A DNA stretch of 64,000 nucleotides from an uncultured Gemmatimonadales bacterium (GCA_963798845.1 CAWCUS010000002.1:640001-704000); one strand, 5' to 3'; positions 10,296 to 20,327 are shown, counted from the stretch's first letter. Translations and numbers: made by a program. The notes: generated by a model from the sequence alone, not told the origin.

Positions 10296-11891
10296 ATGGC
10301 CACCGATTCCCAGCCGATGCTCCTGATCACGGTCGACCGCGTGCACGCCCGGCCGGGCGCCCGCGCCCCTTCCGCCGACGCGGTTCTCGTGCGCGCAGAC
10401 CGGGTGGTGGCGATCGGCGCCGCCGCCGATCTCGAGCCTCTGGCCGGCGGCGCCCGGCGCCTCGATCTCCCCGGCCTCACCCTCACGCCCGGGCTGACCG
10501 ACGCCCACGTCCACCTGGTGGAATGGGCGCTCTCCCGACTCGCCGTCGATCTGACGACCACGGATTCTGCCGAGGCGGCCGCGCATCGCGTGGCGGAGCA
10601 CGCCGGGCGCGGCTCGGGGAGCGGCTGGGTGGTGGGGCGGGGGTGGGACCCGCACCGCTGGGGCGCGTCGCCCCACCGGCGGCACCTGGACGAGGCGCTG
10701 CCCGGAAGGCCGGTCCTGCTGCACAGCCACGACATGCACTCCGCCTGGGCCAGCACCGTCGCGCTGCGCGCTGCCGGGGTCACCCGCGACACGCCCGAGC
10801 CGGCCGGGGGCCGGATCGAGCGGGACCCGGACGGTGAGCCGACGGGCGTGCTCCGGGACAACGCCGTTCCCCTCCTCACCGGCGCCGCCCCGGCGCCTGC
10901 GGCGGAAGAGCGCCGGGCCGCGCTGCTGGAGGGGCAGCGCGCGCTGCACCGCGTCGGCGTGAGCGGGGTGCACACGGTGGAGCCCGAGTCGCTCGGGCTG
11001 CTGGAGGATCTTCGCGCCGCGGACCAGCTCCGCCTGCGCGTGCTCCAGCACCTGCCGCTCGCGAAGCTGGACGATGCCATCCGGCTCGGGCTCCGCAGCG
11101 GCTTCGGCGGTCCCTGGCTGCGCATCGGCGGCGTGAAGATGTTCCTCGACGGGGCGCTCGGCTCCCGTACGGCCTGGATGCGCGAGCCGTACGAGGGAAC
11201 GACCGCTGACCGCGGCATGTCCACGCTCCCGCCGGACGAGTTCCGCGATGCGGTCCGCCGGGGCTCCGCCGCAGGGCTCGCCACGACCGTGCACGCCATC
11301 GGAGACGCGGCCACGGACCTGGCACTCGACGTCCTCCACGCCGACGGCGCCGCGCTCACCGGGCGAGTGCCGCACCGGATCGAGCACGCGCAACTCGTGC
11401 GGCGAGACCGCCTGGGCCCGTCGCCGCACCCGGCGCTGCGCAGCGTGGTTTGCTCCGTCCAGCCATCGCACCTCATGACCGACTGGCGCGCCGCCGACCG
11501 CCACTGGGGCCCCCGGGCAGGCGACGCGTACCCGTTCCGCTCGCTCGAGGTCGCGGGCGCCACGCTGGCCTTCGGCTCGGATGCCCCCGTCGAGCCGCCC
11601 GATCCCCGCCAGGGGCTGTACGCCGCCGTCTCTCGCCGCGACCTTGCCGGTGAGCCGGGCGGTGGGTGGTTCGCGGAGGAGCGCCTGTCGCCTGTCCGGG
11701 CGCTGGCGGGCTACACCACCGGCGCGGCCCGTGCGGCGGGAGATGCGCGGCAGGGGCGGCTCGACCCGGGGACGTTCGCCGACCTCGTCGCCTGGGATCG
11801 GGATCCCCTTTCGGTGGAGCCCGAGGCGCTCCTGGAGATGCGCGCCGTGGTCACGGTGGTCGGCGGCGAGGTGGTGTGGAGCGACGGATGA
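10296..11891 (+). CDS. Amidohydrolase (YtcJ-like, Amidohydro_3)
   Basis: PGLTDAHVH, KMFLDGALGSRTA, VHAIGD, HRIEHAQ, FGSDAPV. Confidence 0.93.
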   Translation: MATDSQPMLLITVDRVHARPGARAPSADAVLVRADRVVAIGAAADLEPLAGGARRLDLPGLTLTPGLTDAHVHLVEWALSRLAVDLTTTDSAEAAAHRVAEHAGRGSGSGWVVGRGWDPHRWGASPHRRHLDEALPGRPVLLHSHDMHSAWASTVALRAAGVTRDTPEPAGGRIERDPDGEPTGVLRDNAVPLLTGAAPAPAAEERRAALLEGQRALHRVGVSGVHTVEPESLGLLEDLRAADQLRLRVLQHLPLAKLDDAIRLGLRSGFGGPWLRIGGVKMFLDGALGSRTAWMREPYEGTTADRGMSTLPPDEFRDAVRRGSAAGLATTVHAIGDAATDLALDVLHADGAALTGRVPHRIEHAQLVRRDRLGPSPHPALRSVVCSVQPSHLMTDWRAADRHWGPRAGDAYPFRSLEVAGATLAFGSDAPVEPPDPRQGLYAAVSRRDLAGEPGGGWFAEERLSPVRALAGYTTGAARAAGDARQGRLDPGTFADLVAWDRDPLSVEPEALLEMRAVVTVVGGEVVWSDG

Positions 11892-13321
11892 CCGACGCAC
11901 TGAGGACGAAGGTCGTGGCGACGGTGGGACCGGCTACGGCGTCGCGGGAGAAGATCGAGGCGATTTGCCGGGCCGGGGCCAACGTGATCCGGATCAACAT
12001 GGCCCACGGCGAACACGACGAGCACCGGCAGGTGATCGGGTGGGTGCGCGAGGTCGCGACGGTGCTGGACGTTCCCATCGCCGTGCTCGCCGACCTGGCG
12101 GGCCCGAAGATCCGCGTGGGCGCGATGCGCGCCGCGGTCAACCTGACGGAGGGGGATACCGTCGTGCTCGCGCCGGAGGACGAGGCCACGGGCGACGAGA
12201 TCCCCACCACCTATCCACGTCTGGCGGACGACCTTTCGCCGAAGCACCGGATCCTCCTCGACGACGGCAAGCTGGAGCTGTCGGTGGTGGCCAGCGAGCC
12301 GCCGCGTGTGCGCGCGACCGTCCTGCGAGGCGGGCTGCTGCTGCCGAAGAAGGGGATCAATCTCCCGGGGGTGCGGGTCAGCACCCCCGCGCTCACGGCC
12401 AAGGACCGCACCGACCTGGCCATGGCCGTGGAGGAGGGTGTGGACTTCATCGGCCTCTCCTTCGTCCAGCGGCCCGGCGACCTGGACGAGCTCCGTTCGC
12501 TGATACCGGACGACATCCTGGTGGTGGCCAAGATCGAGAAGGATGTGGCGCTGGAGCATCTCGACGAGATCCTCGAGCGATCCGACGCCGTCATGGTGGC
12601 CCGCGGTGACCTGGGCGTCGAGCTCCCCTTCGAGCAGGTGCCGGTGGCGCAGAAGCGGATCATCCAGTCCGCCAACCTGCACGCGCGCCCCGTGATCACG
12701 GCCACGCAGATGCTCGAGTCCATGATCGAGAACGAGCGTCCCACGCGCGCCGAAGCCAGCGACGTGGCGAACGCGCTGTTCGACGGGACTGACGCGGTGA
12801 TGCTGTCCGGCGAGACGGCCATGGGGAAGCACCCCGTCCTGGCCGTGGAGGCCATGGTCCGGATCGGCCGCGCCATCGAGCAGACGCCGGCGTTCGCGAA
12901 CGGACCCAAGTACGATGTCCCCGTGGTCAACCGGCTCCGCTCGGGCGCCACGCGCACCGAGCACGCCATTGCAGCAGCCACCGTCGAGGCCGTGCGCCTC
13001 CTGCGCGCGCCGCTCATCATCACGCTCACGCGCAGCGGCTTCACCTCTCGCCTGGTCTCGAGCTATCGGCCGCCGGTGCCCGTGGTCGGAGTGTGCAACA
13101 ACTTGAAGGTGTATCGGCAGCTGGGGCTGGTCTGGGGCGTGCGACCCGTCCTCTGTCGCATCGATGGCGAGCCTAGCTACGAAGAGATCTTCGCCTGCGC
13201 CCGCCAGAGCATCCTCGACATGGGGCTCGCCCGGTCCGGCGACCGCGTCCCCGTCACCGCCGGCGTGCCGTTCTTCATGACCGTGGGCTCCACCAACCTG
13301 CTCCGCATCGAATCGCTGTGA
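11888..13321 (+). CDS. pyk: Pyruvate kinase
   Basis: RTKVVATVGPA, RINMAHG, AKIE, MVARGDLGVE, TATQMLESM, MLSGETA. Confidence 0.98.
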   Translation: MTDALRTKVVATVGPATASREKIEAICRAGANVIRINMAHGEHDEHRQVIGWVREVATVLDVPIAVLADLAGPKIRVGAMRAAVNLTEGDTVVLAPEDEATGDEIPTTYPRLADDLSPKHRILLDDGKLELSVVASEPPRVRATVLRGGLLLPKKGINLPGVRVSTPALTAKDRTDLAMAVEEGVDFIGLSFVQRPGDLDELRSLIPDDILVVAKIEKDVALEHLDEILERSDAVMVARGDLGVELPFEQVPVAQKRIIQSANLHARPVITATQMLESMIENERPTRAEASDVANALFDGTDAVMLSGETAMGKHPVLAVEAMVRIGRAIEQTPAFANGPKYDVPVVNRLRSGATRTEHAIAAATVEAVRLLRAPLIITLTRSGFTSRLVSSYRPPVPVVGVCNNLKVYRQLGLVWGVRPVLCRIDGEPSYEEIFACARQSILDMGLARSGDRVPVTAGVPFFMTVGSTNLLRIESL

Positions 13322-14097
13322 AGCTCACGTTTCTGGGCACCGGCACCTCCTTCGGCATCCCCGTCATCGGCTGCCGCTGCCCCACCTGCACGTCCGATGA
13401 TCCTCGCGACCGACGCACCCGTCACGCCGTGCTCGTTCACGACGAACGGGGCACCGTGCTCGTCGACACCCCCGTGGAGCTGCGCCTCCAGCTCACCGGG
13501 GCGGGCGTCGGCGCCGTGGATGCGGTCTGGGTCACACACTGTCACGCCGACCACATCCACGGCGTGGACGACCTGCGCGCGATCTCGGCCCACCGGAGGC
13601 GGCGCCTGGACGTGTTCGCCGGCACCGAGTGCCGCCACATCCTGAAACAGCGGTTCGGCTACATCTTCAGCGACTTCCGCCCGCCCAGCGGCACCACCAA
13701 GCCCGAGCTCCGGCTCCGCTCCTTCGACGCCCTGGAGGACGTGGAGGTCGGACCGTTCGAGTTCCGTGCGCTCCCCGTCGAGCATGGGCCCATGACCGTG
13801 TTCGGGTTCCGCGTCGGCGGCCTCGGCTACATCACCGACGCCAAGACCCTCGGCCCCGGCACCCGCGACGCGCTCGGGGGGGTGCACACGCTGGTGCTCA
13901 ACGCGCTCTGGTTCGGCAACCCCCATCCCACGCACCTCAACGTCGAGGAAGCCGTGGAGCTGGCCCACGAGATCGGCGCGGAGCGCACCTACCTCACGCA
14001 CCTCACCCACCGCGTCCTGCACACCGAGCTCGAGCGCGGCCTCCCCGACGATGTACGCCCCGCCTACGACGGCCTCACGGTGGAATTCCCCGCCTGA
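13318..14097 (+). CDS. MBL-fold metallo-hydrolase (PhnP-like)
   Basis: FLGTGTSFGIPVIGCRCPTC and THCHADHIHG. Confidence 0.92.
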   Translation: MKLTFLGTGTSFGIPVIGCRCPTCTSDDPRDRRTRHAVLVHDERGTVLVDTPVELRLQLTGAGVGAVDAVWVTHCHADHIHGVDDLRAISAHRRRRLDVFAGTECRHILKQRFGYIFSDFRPPSGTTKPELRLRSFDALEDVEVGPFEFRALPVEHGPMTVFGFRVGGLGYITDAKTLGPGTRDALGGVHTLVLNALWFGNPHPTHLNVEEAVELAHEIGAERTYLTHLTHRVLHTELERGLPDDVRPAYDGLTVEFPA

Positions 14098-14123
14098 GCC
14101 GGCGAGGGAGACTCCGGCCACCA

Positions 14124-14229
14124 CCGGCCCGCGGCCGGGACGGTCTGCCGGCCGGCGGCCGGGACGGTCTGCCGGCCCGCGGCCGGGACGGTCTGCCGGC
14201 CCGCGGCCAGGACGGTCTGCCGGCCGGCG
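14124..14229. repeat. 24-bp tandem repeat, about 4.4 copies
   Basis: Unit CCGGCC(C/G)GCGGCC(G/A)GGACGGTCTG at 14124, 14148, 14172, 14196 plus a partial copy. Confidence 0.9.
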
Positions 14230-14301
14230 CGCTCGCGGAGGGGCGCGTTCGCACCGCCCGGCCGGCGACTTGCGGGGACACGCGTGTCCCTCGCGGGAGA
14301 C

Positions 14302-14404
14302 CTCTCCACCCGGAGAGACCGTCGGGGCACCTGGACGGTGCAACCTGATTTCTGGCAACCAGTTACGGAATCCTGGGTCGCGCGGGATCTCTCCACCTGG
14401 AGAG
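14302..14404. repeat. Two copies of palindrome CTCTCC-N4-GGAGAG
   Basis: At 14302-14317 and 14389-14404, each preceded by CGCGGGA. Confidence 0.8.
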
Positions 14405-14436
14405 AATCCCCCGGATGAGAGATGCCCGGCCGGCCG

Positions 14437-14556
14437 GGGGCACGCCGGAGCCGGCCCTGGGGCACGCCGGAGCCGGCCCTGGGGCACGCCGGAGCCGGCC
14501 CGGGGGCAGCCGGAGCCGGCCGGGGCACGCCGGAGCCGGCCCCGGGGCACGCCGGG
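14437..14556. repeat. ~22-bp tandem repeat, about 5.5 copies
   Basis: Unit GGGGCACGCCGGAGCCGGCCCT at 14437, 14459, 14481, with degenerate copies to ~14556. Confidence 0.88.
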
Positions 14557-14617
14557 CCGAGCCCCGCGGGCGCTACGCGGGCTGGTTCGCCGCCCGGGAA
14601 CGGAATACTCTACAGTC

Positions 14618-16021
14618 ATGACTGATCAACAGCGGGTGTCGCTGGACTACGGGAACATGATGTCGCCGCGGCTGGGCGGGCGCGGGGTGTCGCCGGACGC
14701 GCTGGAGGGGGCGGCGGACCGGTTCCGCGAGGCGCACGCGGACGTGGAGTCTCGCCGGGTGGCCGGGGAGCTGGGCTTCTTCGAGTTGCCGGAGCAGGCG
14801 GAGCTCGCGGCGGAGATCCAGGTGTACGCCGACCGCGTGGGCGGCTTCTCCGAAAACGTGGTCGTGCTCGGGATCGGCGGGTCTGCGCTCGGGGCGACGG
14901 CGCTGCTGCACGCGCTGCACGCGCCGGACTGGAACGCGCGGGCGGACGAGGCTCGCGATCACCTGCCCCGCCTGTACGTTCTGGACAACGTGGACCCCGA
15001 GACGGTGGCGTCTCTGCTGGAACGGCTGGATCTGGGGCGCACGCTCTTCGACGTGGTGAGCAAGTCGGGGACGACGGCAGAGACGATGTCGCAGTACCTG
15101 GTGGTCCGGCACCGGCTCTCGCCGCTGCTGAAGGACGAGGGGGCGATCGGGCGGCACCTGGTTTTCACGACCGACCCGGAGAAGGGCGTGCTTCGTGACC
15201 TCGCGCGCGAGGAGGGCGTCCCCACCTTCCCGGTGCCGCCGAACGTCGGCGGGCGCTTCAGCGTGCTCTCGGCGGTGGGGCTGCTCCCGGCCGCGCTGGT
15301 CGGAATCGACATCGACGCGCTGCTCGCGGGTGCCCGTGACATGGCGGAGCGCTGCCGCACCGACGACCTGTCGGCGAATCCGGCCGGCCTGTTCGCCATT
15401 CTCCAGTGGCTTGCGGACACCGGGGGGAACGCCCGCATTCACGTCATGATGCCGTACAGCGACCGGCTGTACTCGGTGGCGGACTGGTTCCGGCAGCTGT
15501 GGGCGGAGAGCCTGGGGAAGCGGCACGCCCGCGGGGGCGAGGAGGTTTTCGTCGGACCGACGCCCGTGAAGGCGCTGGGCGCCACCGACCAGCACTCGCA
15601 GGTGCAGCTCTACATGGAGGGTCCGTTCGACAAGACGGTGACCTTCCTGGCCGTGGGCGAGCGGGACCGGGATGTGGAGATCCCGGTGCTCTACGGCGAC
15701 ATCCCGGCGCTCGGATACCTCGGTGGCCACACGCTGGGTGGGCTGCTGGACGCGGAGCGGAGGGCCACCGCCGCGGCGCTGGCGGAGCGGGGTCGCATGA
15801 ACATGACCATCTCGCTCCCGCGCGTGGACGCCCACGCCGTGGGCGAGCTGCTCATGATGCTCCAGATCGCGACGGTGTATGCGGGCGTGCTCTACGGCAT
15901 CGACCCCCTCGACCAGCCGGGAGTGGAGCTGGGAAAGAAGCTCACGTACGGGCAGATGGGACGCCCGGGCGCGGAGGCGGCGGATATCCCCGCGCCCGAC
16001 CCGCGCTGGGTGGTCGGCTGA
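14618..16021 (+). CDS. pgi: Glucose-6-phosphate isomerase
   Basis: LGIGGSALG, SKSGTTAET, VGGRFSV, QLWAESLGK, GATDQHS, DQPGVELGK. Confidence 0.97.
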   Translation: MTDQQRVSLDYGNMMSPRLGGRGVSPDALEGAADRFREAHADVESRRVAGELGFFELPEQAELAAEIQVYADRVGGFSENVVVLGIGGSALGATALLHALHAPDWNARADEARDHLPRLYVLDNVDPETVASLLERLDLGRTLFDVVSKSGTTAETMSQYLVVRHRLSPLLKDEGAIGRHLVFTTDPEKGVLRDLAREEGVPTFPVPPNVGGRFSVLSAVGLLPAALVGIDIDALLAGARDMAERCRTDDLSANPAGLFAILQWLADTGGNARIHVMMPYSDRLYSVADWFRQLWAESLGKRHARGGEEVFVGPTPVKALGATDQHSQVQLYMEGPFDKTVTFLAVGERDRDVEIPVLYGDIPALGYLGGHTLGGLLDAERRATAAALAERGRMNMTISLPRVDAHAVGELLMMLQIATVYAGVLYGIDPLDQPGVELGKKLTYGQMGRPGAEAADIPAPDPRWVVG

Positions 16022-16090
16022 CGCGGGTGCTCCCGGCGGTGGCGGGGTGGCTGTCAGAACCGCACTGGGGGCGCGTGCGCTCGGAGGTTC

Positions 16091-16792
16091 ATGGCTGAGC
16101 GCGAGTGGCTGGAGCTGCGCAGCAACCGTATGGACCTGGTGTCGCGCTGGGCCGACGACCTCGCCCACGAGATCAAGAATCCGCTCCACGCCATGGTCAT
16201 CAACCTGGAGCTGGTGAAGCGGCGCGCCGGGGGCCCCAATGCCGGGGCCGTGGTCCAGCGCGCTGCCGCGGTGGAGTCCGAGCTCCACCGGGTCCATGCA
16301 CTCGTCGACTCACTGCTCCGCCTGGTGCGGCCATGGCCACCCCGGCCCCGCACGGACGCGGACATCGTGTTCGAGGAGCTGCTTCCCGTGCTCGGCGCAC
16401 GCACTCGCGTCCGCAAGGTGGATTACGAGCACCGGCCGGGCGGCGGTGCCCTGGTGGACATGCCCGCGGAGGAGCTCGCGCTGGTGATCCTGAACCTGGT
16501 GGACAACGCCATCGACGCCACACCGGAAGGGGGGCGAGTGGCCACGCGGGTCGAGCCGACGCGTGAGGGCGTCCGGATCATGGTGTCCGATACCGGCCCC
16601 GGCGTCGCGGCGGAGCTGGCGGGCGAGCCGCCCGAGCGATCCGCCACGCCCCGCGAGGGGCGCGCGGGCCTGGGACTTGCCATATGTCACCGGCTGGTCC
16701 GGAAGGCGGGCGGCTGGCTCCGACTCGAAGCCGGTCGCGCGGGCGAGGGGACTGTCGCAACCGTGTCGCTGCCCCGGTCCGGATCTGCTTGA
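16091..16792 (+). CDS. Histidine kinase core (HisKA + HATPase), no sensor domain
   Basis: LAHEIKNPL H-box, NLVDNA N-box, DTGPG, GLGLAI; GGAGG RBS. Confidence 0.85.
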   Translation: MAEREWLELRSNRMDLVSRWADDLAHEIKNPLHAMVINLELVKRRAGGPNAGAVVQRAAAVESELHRVHALVDSLLRLVRPWPPRPRTDADIVFEELLPVLGARTRVRKVDYEHRPGGGALVDMPAEELALVILNLVDNAIDATPEGGRVATRVEPTREGVRIMVSDTGPGVAAELAGEPPERSATPREGRAGLGLAICHRLVRKAGGWLRLEAGRAGEGTVATVSLPRSGSA

Positions 16793-16818
16793 CCCGTTGT
16801 CTCGCGCGCCGGTACCTT
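16789..16818 (+). promoter_or_regulatory. Candidate sigma70 promoter for the response regulator
   Basis: TTGACC-18-TACCTT, ~50 bp before the ATG at 16870. Confidence 0.45.
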
Positions 16819-16869
16819 GACGGGCACCGGTGCGCTCTCTCGTGATCCAACCACAAGGATACCAAGGAT

Positions 16870-18213
16870 ATGCCCGGATCGAGGGTCCTGATCGCGGACG
16901 ACGAGAAGAACGTGGCCGAAGGCCTCCAGATGATCCTGTCCGACGAAGGATACGACGCCGACATGGCGAAGGACGGGGAGGAGGCGTGGGAGAAGGTCCA
17001 GTCGAACGAGTTCGGGCTGGTGCTCGCCGATCTGAAGATGCCGAAGCTGGACGGCCTGGAGCTGTTCGCGAAGATGCGGGAGTCCGGGATCGACAGCGAG
17101 TTCATCATGATCACGGGAGACGCGTCGGTCGACTCGGCCGTGGAGGCGATGCGGCACGGTGCCTACGACTACCTGAAGAAGCCGCTGGACCTGGAGCGCC
17201 TGAAGGCGCTGATCCCGAAAGCGCTGGAGAAGTACGAGGTCCGGAACGCCAACCTGCAGCTCCAGAAGAAGCTCGAGAGCCTCACGAAGTACGAGGACAT
17301 GATCGGGCAGTCGGAAGAGATGCGAGAGATCTTCACGGTCATCGAGGCCGTGGCGCCCTCGAACGTCAGCGTTCTCATCATCGGCGAGAGCGGGACCGGG
17401 AAGGAGCTCGTCGCCCGGGCCATGCACCAGAAGTCGGGCCGGAAGAAGGGGCCGTTCATCGCCCTGAACTGCGGCGCGTTCCCCCGCGAGATCCTGGAGA
17501 ACGAGCTGTTCGGGCACGAGAAGGGCGCGTTCACCGGGGCGACGAACGAGAAGCCGGGCGCATTCGAGCTCGCCGACGGCGGCACGCTGTTCCTCGACGA
17601 GGTGGCGGAGATGGAGCCGGACGTGCAGGTGAAGTTCCTGCGCGCGCTGGAGCAGCGGGCGTTCCGTCGCCTGGGCGGCAAGAAGGAGATCAACGTCGAC
17701 ATCAGGGTGATCGCGGCCACGAACAAGGACGTGGAGAAGGCGCTGGCGGATGGGGACCTGCGCGAAGATCTTTACCACCGCCTGGCCGTGATCCCGCTCA
17801 CGCTCCCTCCGCTGCGGGACCGCGGGCCCGACCTCAAGCTGCTGGCGCAGGAATTCCTCCAGCGCTACGCCGAGGAGCACGGCAAGGAGGTCGCCGGTTT
17901 CAGCGAGGGCGCGCTGGAATACATCCAGACCTATGCCTGGCCGGGGAACGTTCGCGAGCTGAAGAACGCGATCGAGCGGGCCGTGATCCTGGCGAAGGAG
18001 GACCGGATCGAGGTCGACGACCTGCGCCCTCGCCAGACGGCGCTCGCCGAGCGCGAGGCGCGGATCTCGGTGGGCTCCAGCCTGGAGGAGGCCGCGCGCA
18101 TCATGATGCTCAAGACGCTCGCGTTCACGAACGGCAATGTGAAGAAGGCCGCGAGCATCCTCGGTTGCACGCAGAAGAAGCTGAAGGACACCGTGACGGA
18201 CGCCGTGAAGTGA
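16870..18213 (+). CDS. Sigma54-dependent response regulator (NtrC family)
   Basis: REC domain (ADDE, DLKMP), GESGTGKE, GAFTGA, FLDE, WPGNVREL. Confidence 0.95.
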   Translation: MPGSRVLIADDEKNVAEGLQMILSDEGYDADMAKDGEEAWEKVQSNEFGLVLADLKMPKLDGLELFAKMRESGIDSEFIMITGDASVDSAVEAMRHGAYDYLKKPLDLERLKALIPKALEKYEVRNANLQLQKKLESLTKYEDMIGQSEEMREIFTVIEAVAPSNVSVLIIGESGTGKELVARAMHQKSGRKKGPFIALNCGAFPREILENELFGHEKGAFTGATNEKPGAFELADGGTLFLDEVAEMEPDVQVKFLRALEQRAFRRLGGKKEINVDIRVIAATNKDVEKALADGDLREDLYHRLAVIPLTLPPLRDRGPDLKLLAQEFLQRYAEEHGKEVAGFSEGALEYIQTYAWPGNVRELKNAIERAVILAKEDRIEVDDLRPRQTALAEREARISVGSSLEEAARIMMLKTLAFTNGNVKKAASILGCTQKKLKDTVTDAVK

Positions 18214-18250
18214 TCGGGCGCCCGACCGCGAAGCCACCACAGGAGGTACC

Positions 18251-18727
18251 ATGGCCGACCACGACGACGGCTACATCATCATCGAGCACCACAGCGGCAG
18301 CTTCGGCACCTTCGTCTGGGGGCTGCTCCTGGGCGCCGGGGCCGCGCTTCTCTTCGCTCCCAAGTCCGGGCGCGAGACGCGCCGGGAGCTGGGCGACAGC
18401 ATGAACCGCGTGCGCGACGATCTCGAGGGACGGATGCGCGACGTCCAGGAGACCGTCTCCGGCGCAGTCGGCGACGTGCGCCGCCAGTTCGAGGATGGCC
18501 TCGAAGACGCCCGGCAGGCCGTGGACGCAGGCCGTGCCGCGGCCCGCAAGTCCCGCGACGACATGGAGCGGCGCGTACGCGAGTCCACGGCCGCGTTCCG
18601 CTCCGGCTACGACGCTGCCCGTGCCACCTCCACCTCCGCCGCCACCGGCGTCGAGGAGATGGAGATGGAGCTGGAGGTCGAGCTCGATGCCGAAGGGGGC
18701 GCCTCGGACGAGCCGACCGAAGCCTGA
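18251..18727 (+). CDS. YtxH-domain protein
   Basis: FVWGLLLGAGAALLFAPKSGRETR followed by a helical region. Confidence 0.88.
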   Translation: MADHDDGYIIIEHHSGSFGTFVWGLLLGAGAALLFAPKSGRETRRELGDSMNRVRDDLEGRMRDVQETVSGAVGDVRRQFEDGLEDARQAVDAGRAAARKSRDDMERRVRESTAAFRSGYDAARATSTSAATGVEEMEMELEVELDAEGGASDEPTEA

Positions 18728-18738
18728 TCCGCTGACGG

Positions 18739-19794
18739 ATGGCGGAATCGGCCGGGAACGCGAACGCTGAGGACGGGTCTGAGCCGAAGGCGGAGCCGGC
18801 CGACCCGGAAGGCGCCGGACAGGTCGCCGGACGGGAGGCGCGCGTCTCCGGGGCCGGTCTCGGGATCGAGGAGCCGCCGCCGGCGCCCCCCCGGCCCCGC
18901 GTCCAGCGCTCCTGGCTCGAGCGGTTCGGCGGGGGTGCGCGCGATCTGGCTCGCGGCGTCTGGCGCAAGGGCGAGCAGGACAACGTCTTCTTCCTGGCCG
19001 GCGCCATCGCGTTCAACGTGCTGGTGGCTTTTCTGCCGCTCGCCATCGCCATTGTCGGCATCGCGGGGACCGTGCTGCGCTTCCAGGGCGCGGACGCCGA
19101 GCAGACGCTCCTGAACTACCTGTCGCGCACCATCCCGACCGCGGTGAACCTGAACGTCAAGCCGATCCTGGACGCGCTGGCGGCGAAGAGCACGGGCATC
19201 CTGAGCGTCGGCACGCTGTTCTTCCTCTGGGTCGCCACCCGGCTCGTGGGGACCCTCCGCACCGTCCTGCGCGAGATCTTCGACATCGCCGAAGGCCGCA
19301 GCATCATCTCGGGAAAGCTGTTCGACATCAGGATGGTGTTCGCCGCAGGGACGCTCTTCGCCCTCAACGTGTCGCTCACCCTGGGCCTCCGCCTGGGCGC
19401 GCAGTTCGTCTCGCGCGGGCTCCGCATCGATCCGGCCGCGATCCTGGTGGTGAGCATCGCCCGCGAGTGGTGGCCGCAGCTGGTGGCGTTCCTCACCATC
19501 TGGGTCATGTTCTTCCTCGTCTACCGCTACCTCCCGCCCCGGCGGATCCGGTGGAGCACCGCCCTCATCGCGGCCACCTTCACGGCGTGCCTGGGCGAAG
19601 CGCTCAAGTACGCCTTCAGCTGGTACGTCACCAACGTCGCAGACTACCGCTCCGCGTGGGGGAACATCGCCACCTTCATCATCCTGGTGCTGTGGATCTA
19701 TTACAGCGCCATCGTGTTCATCCTCGGCGGTGAGGTGGCACAGGTCGTTTCCATGCAGCGGACGCGGCGGCGCCAGAAGGAGCGGCTCGGATGA
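18739..19794 (+). CDS. YihY/BrkB family membrane protein
   Basis: AGAIAFNVLVAFLP, YRYLP, WGNIATFIILVLWIYYSA..ILGGE; multiple TM segments. Confidence 0.9.
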   Translation: MAESAGNANAEDGSEPKAEPADPEGAGQVAGREARVSGAGLGIEEPPPAPPRPRVQRSWLERFGGGARDLARGVWRKGEQDNVFFLAGAIAFNVLVAFLPLAIAIVGIAGTVLRFQGADAEQTLLNYLSRTIPTAVNLNVKPILDALAAKSTGILSVGTLFFLWVATRLVGTLRTVLREIFDIAEGRSIISGKLFDIRMVFAAGTLFALNVSLTLGLRLGAQFVSRGLRIDPAAILVVSIAREWWPQLVAFLTIWVMFFLVYRYLPPRRIRWSTALIAATFTACLGEALKYAFSWYVTNVADYRSAWGNIATFIILVLWIYYSAIVFILGGEVAQVVSMQRTRRRQKERLG

Positions 19795-19859
19795 GAGGCG
19801 TCGTCGTGGTCGCGTCTGGCTCGCTCGTCCTCGAATCCCGATCCCGCTAGATTAGCCGG

Positions 19860-20327
19860 ATGCCGAACGGACGACCGGACGGGAAGAAGGTGGTGGTGCG
19901 CAACAAGAAGGCGCGCCACGAGTTCGAGATCCTGGAGACGTACGAGGCAGGGCTCGTGCTCCGGGGTCCCGAGGTGAAGTCCATCCGGGAGGGACGCGCC
20001 AGCCTTTCGGAGGCGTTCGCACGCGTCGACGGCGGCGAGGTCTGGCTCTACGGCATGCACGTCACCCCGTACGACCCGGCATCCCGCTGGAACGCGGACC
20101 CGACTCGCCCGCGGAAGCTGCTCCTCAGGGCCCCCGAAATCCGCCGCCTCGTGGGCGCCGTGCAGGAGAAGGGGCTGGCCCTGGTCCCGCTCGAGCTGTA
20201 CTTCCGGCGCGGCCTGGCGAAGATCGAGCTCGCCCTGGCCCGCGGGAAGAAGCTCCACGACAAGCGCGAGACGCTGAAGCGCCGGACGCACCAACGGGAG
20301 ATGGAACGCGAGCTGGGGCAGCGCTGA
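19860..20327 (+). CDS. smpB: SsrA-binding protein
   Basis: NKKARHEF, EAGLVL.G.EVKSIR, RKLLL, GKKLHDKR. Confidence 0.98.
   Translation: MPNGRPDGKKVVVRNKKARHEFEILETYEAGLVLRGPEVKSIREGRASLSEAFARVDGGEVWLYGMHVTPYDPASRWNADPTRPRKLLLRAPEIRRLVGAVQEKGLALVPLELYFRRGLAKIELALARGKKLHDKRETLKRRTHQREMERELGQR

Noticed and set aside
10127..11563. Long N-terminal extension of RNase D (859-aa ORF)
   Set aside because: Antisense to the amidohydrolase; RNase D homology starts at 10126.
14124..14556. Possible CRISPR array
   Set aside because: Units are contiguous with no unique spacers; no cas genes.
14051..14617. 189-aa N-terminal extension of Pgi in the ORF track
   Set aside because: Read-through of GC-rich repeats; Pgi homology starts near the ATG at 14618.
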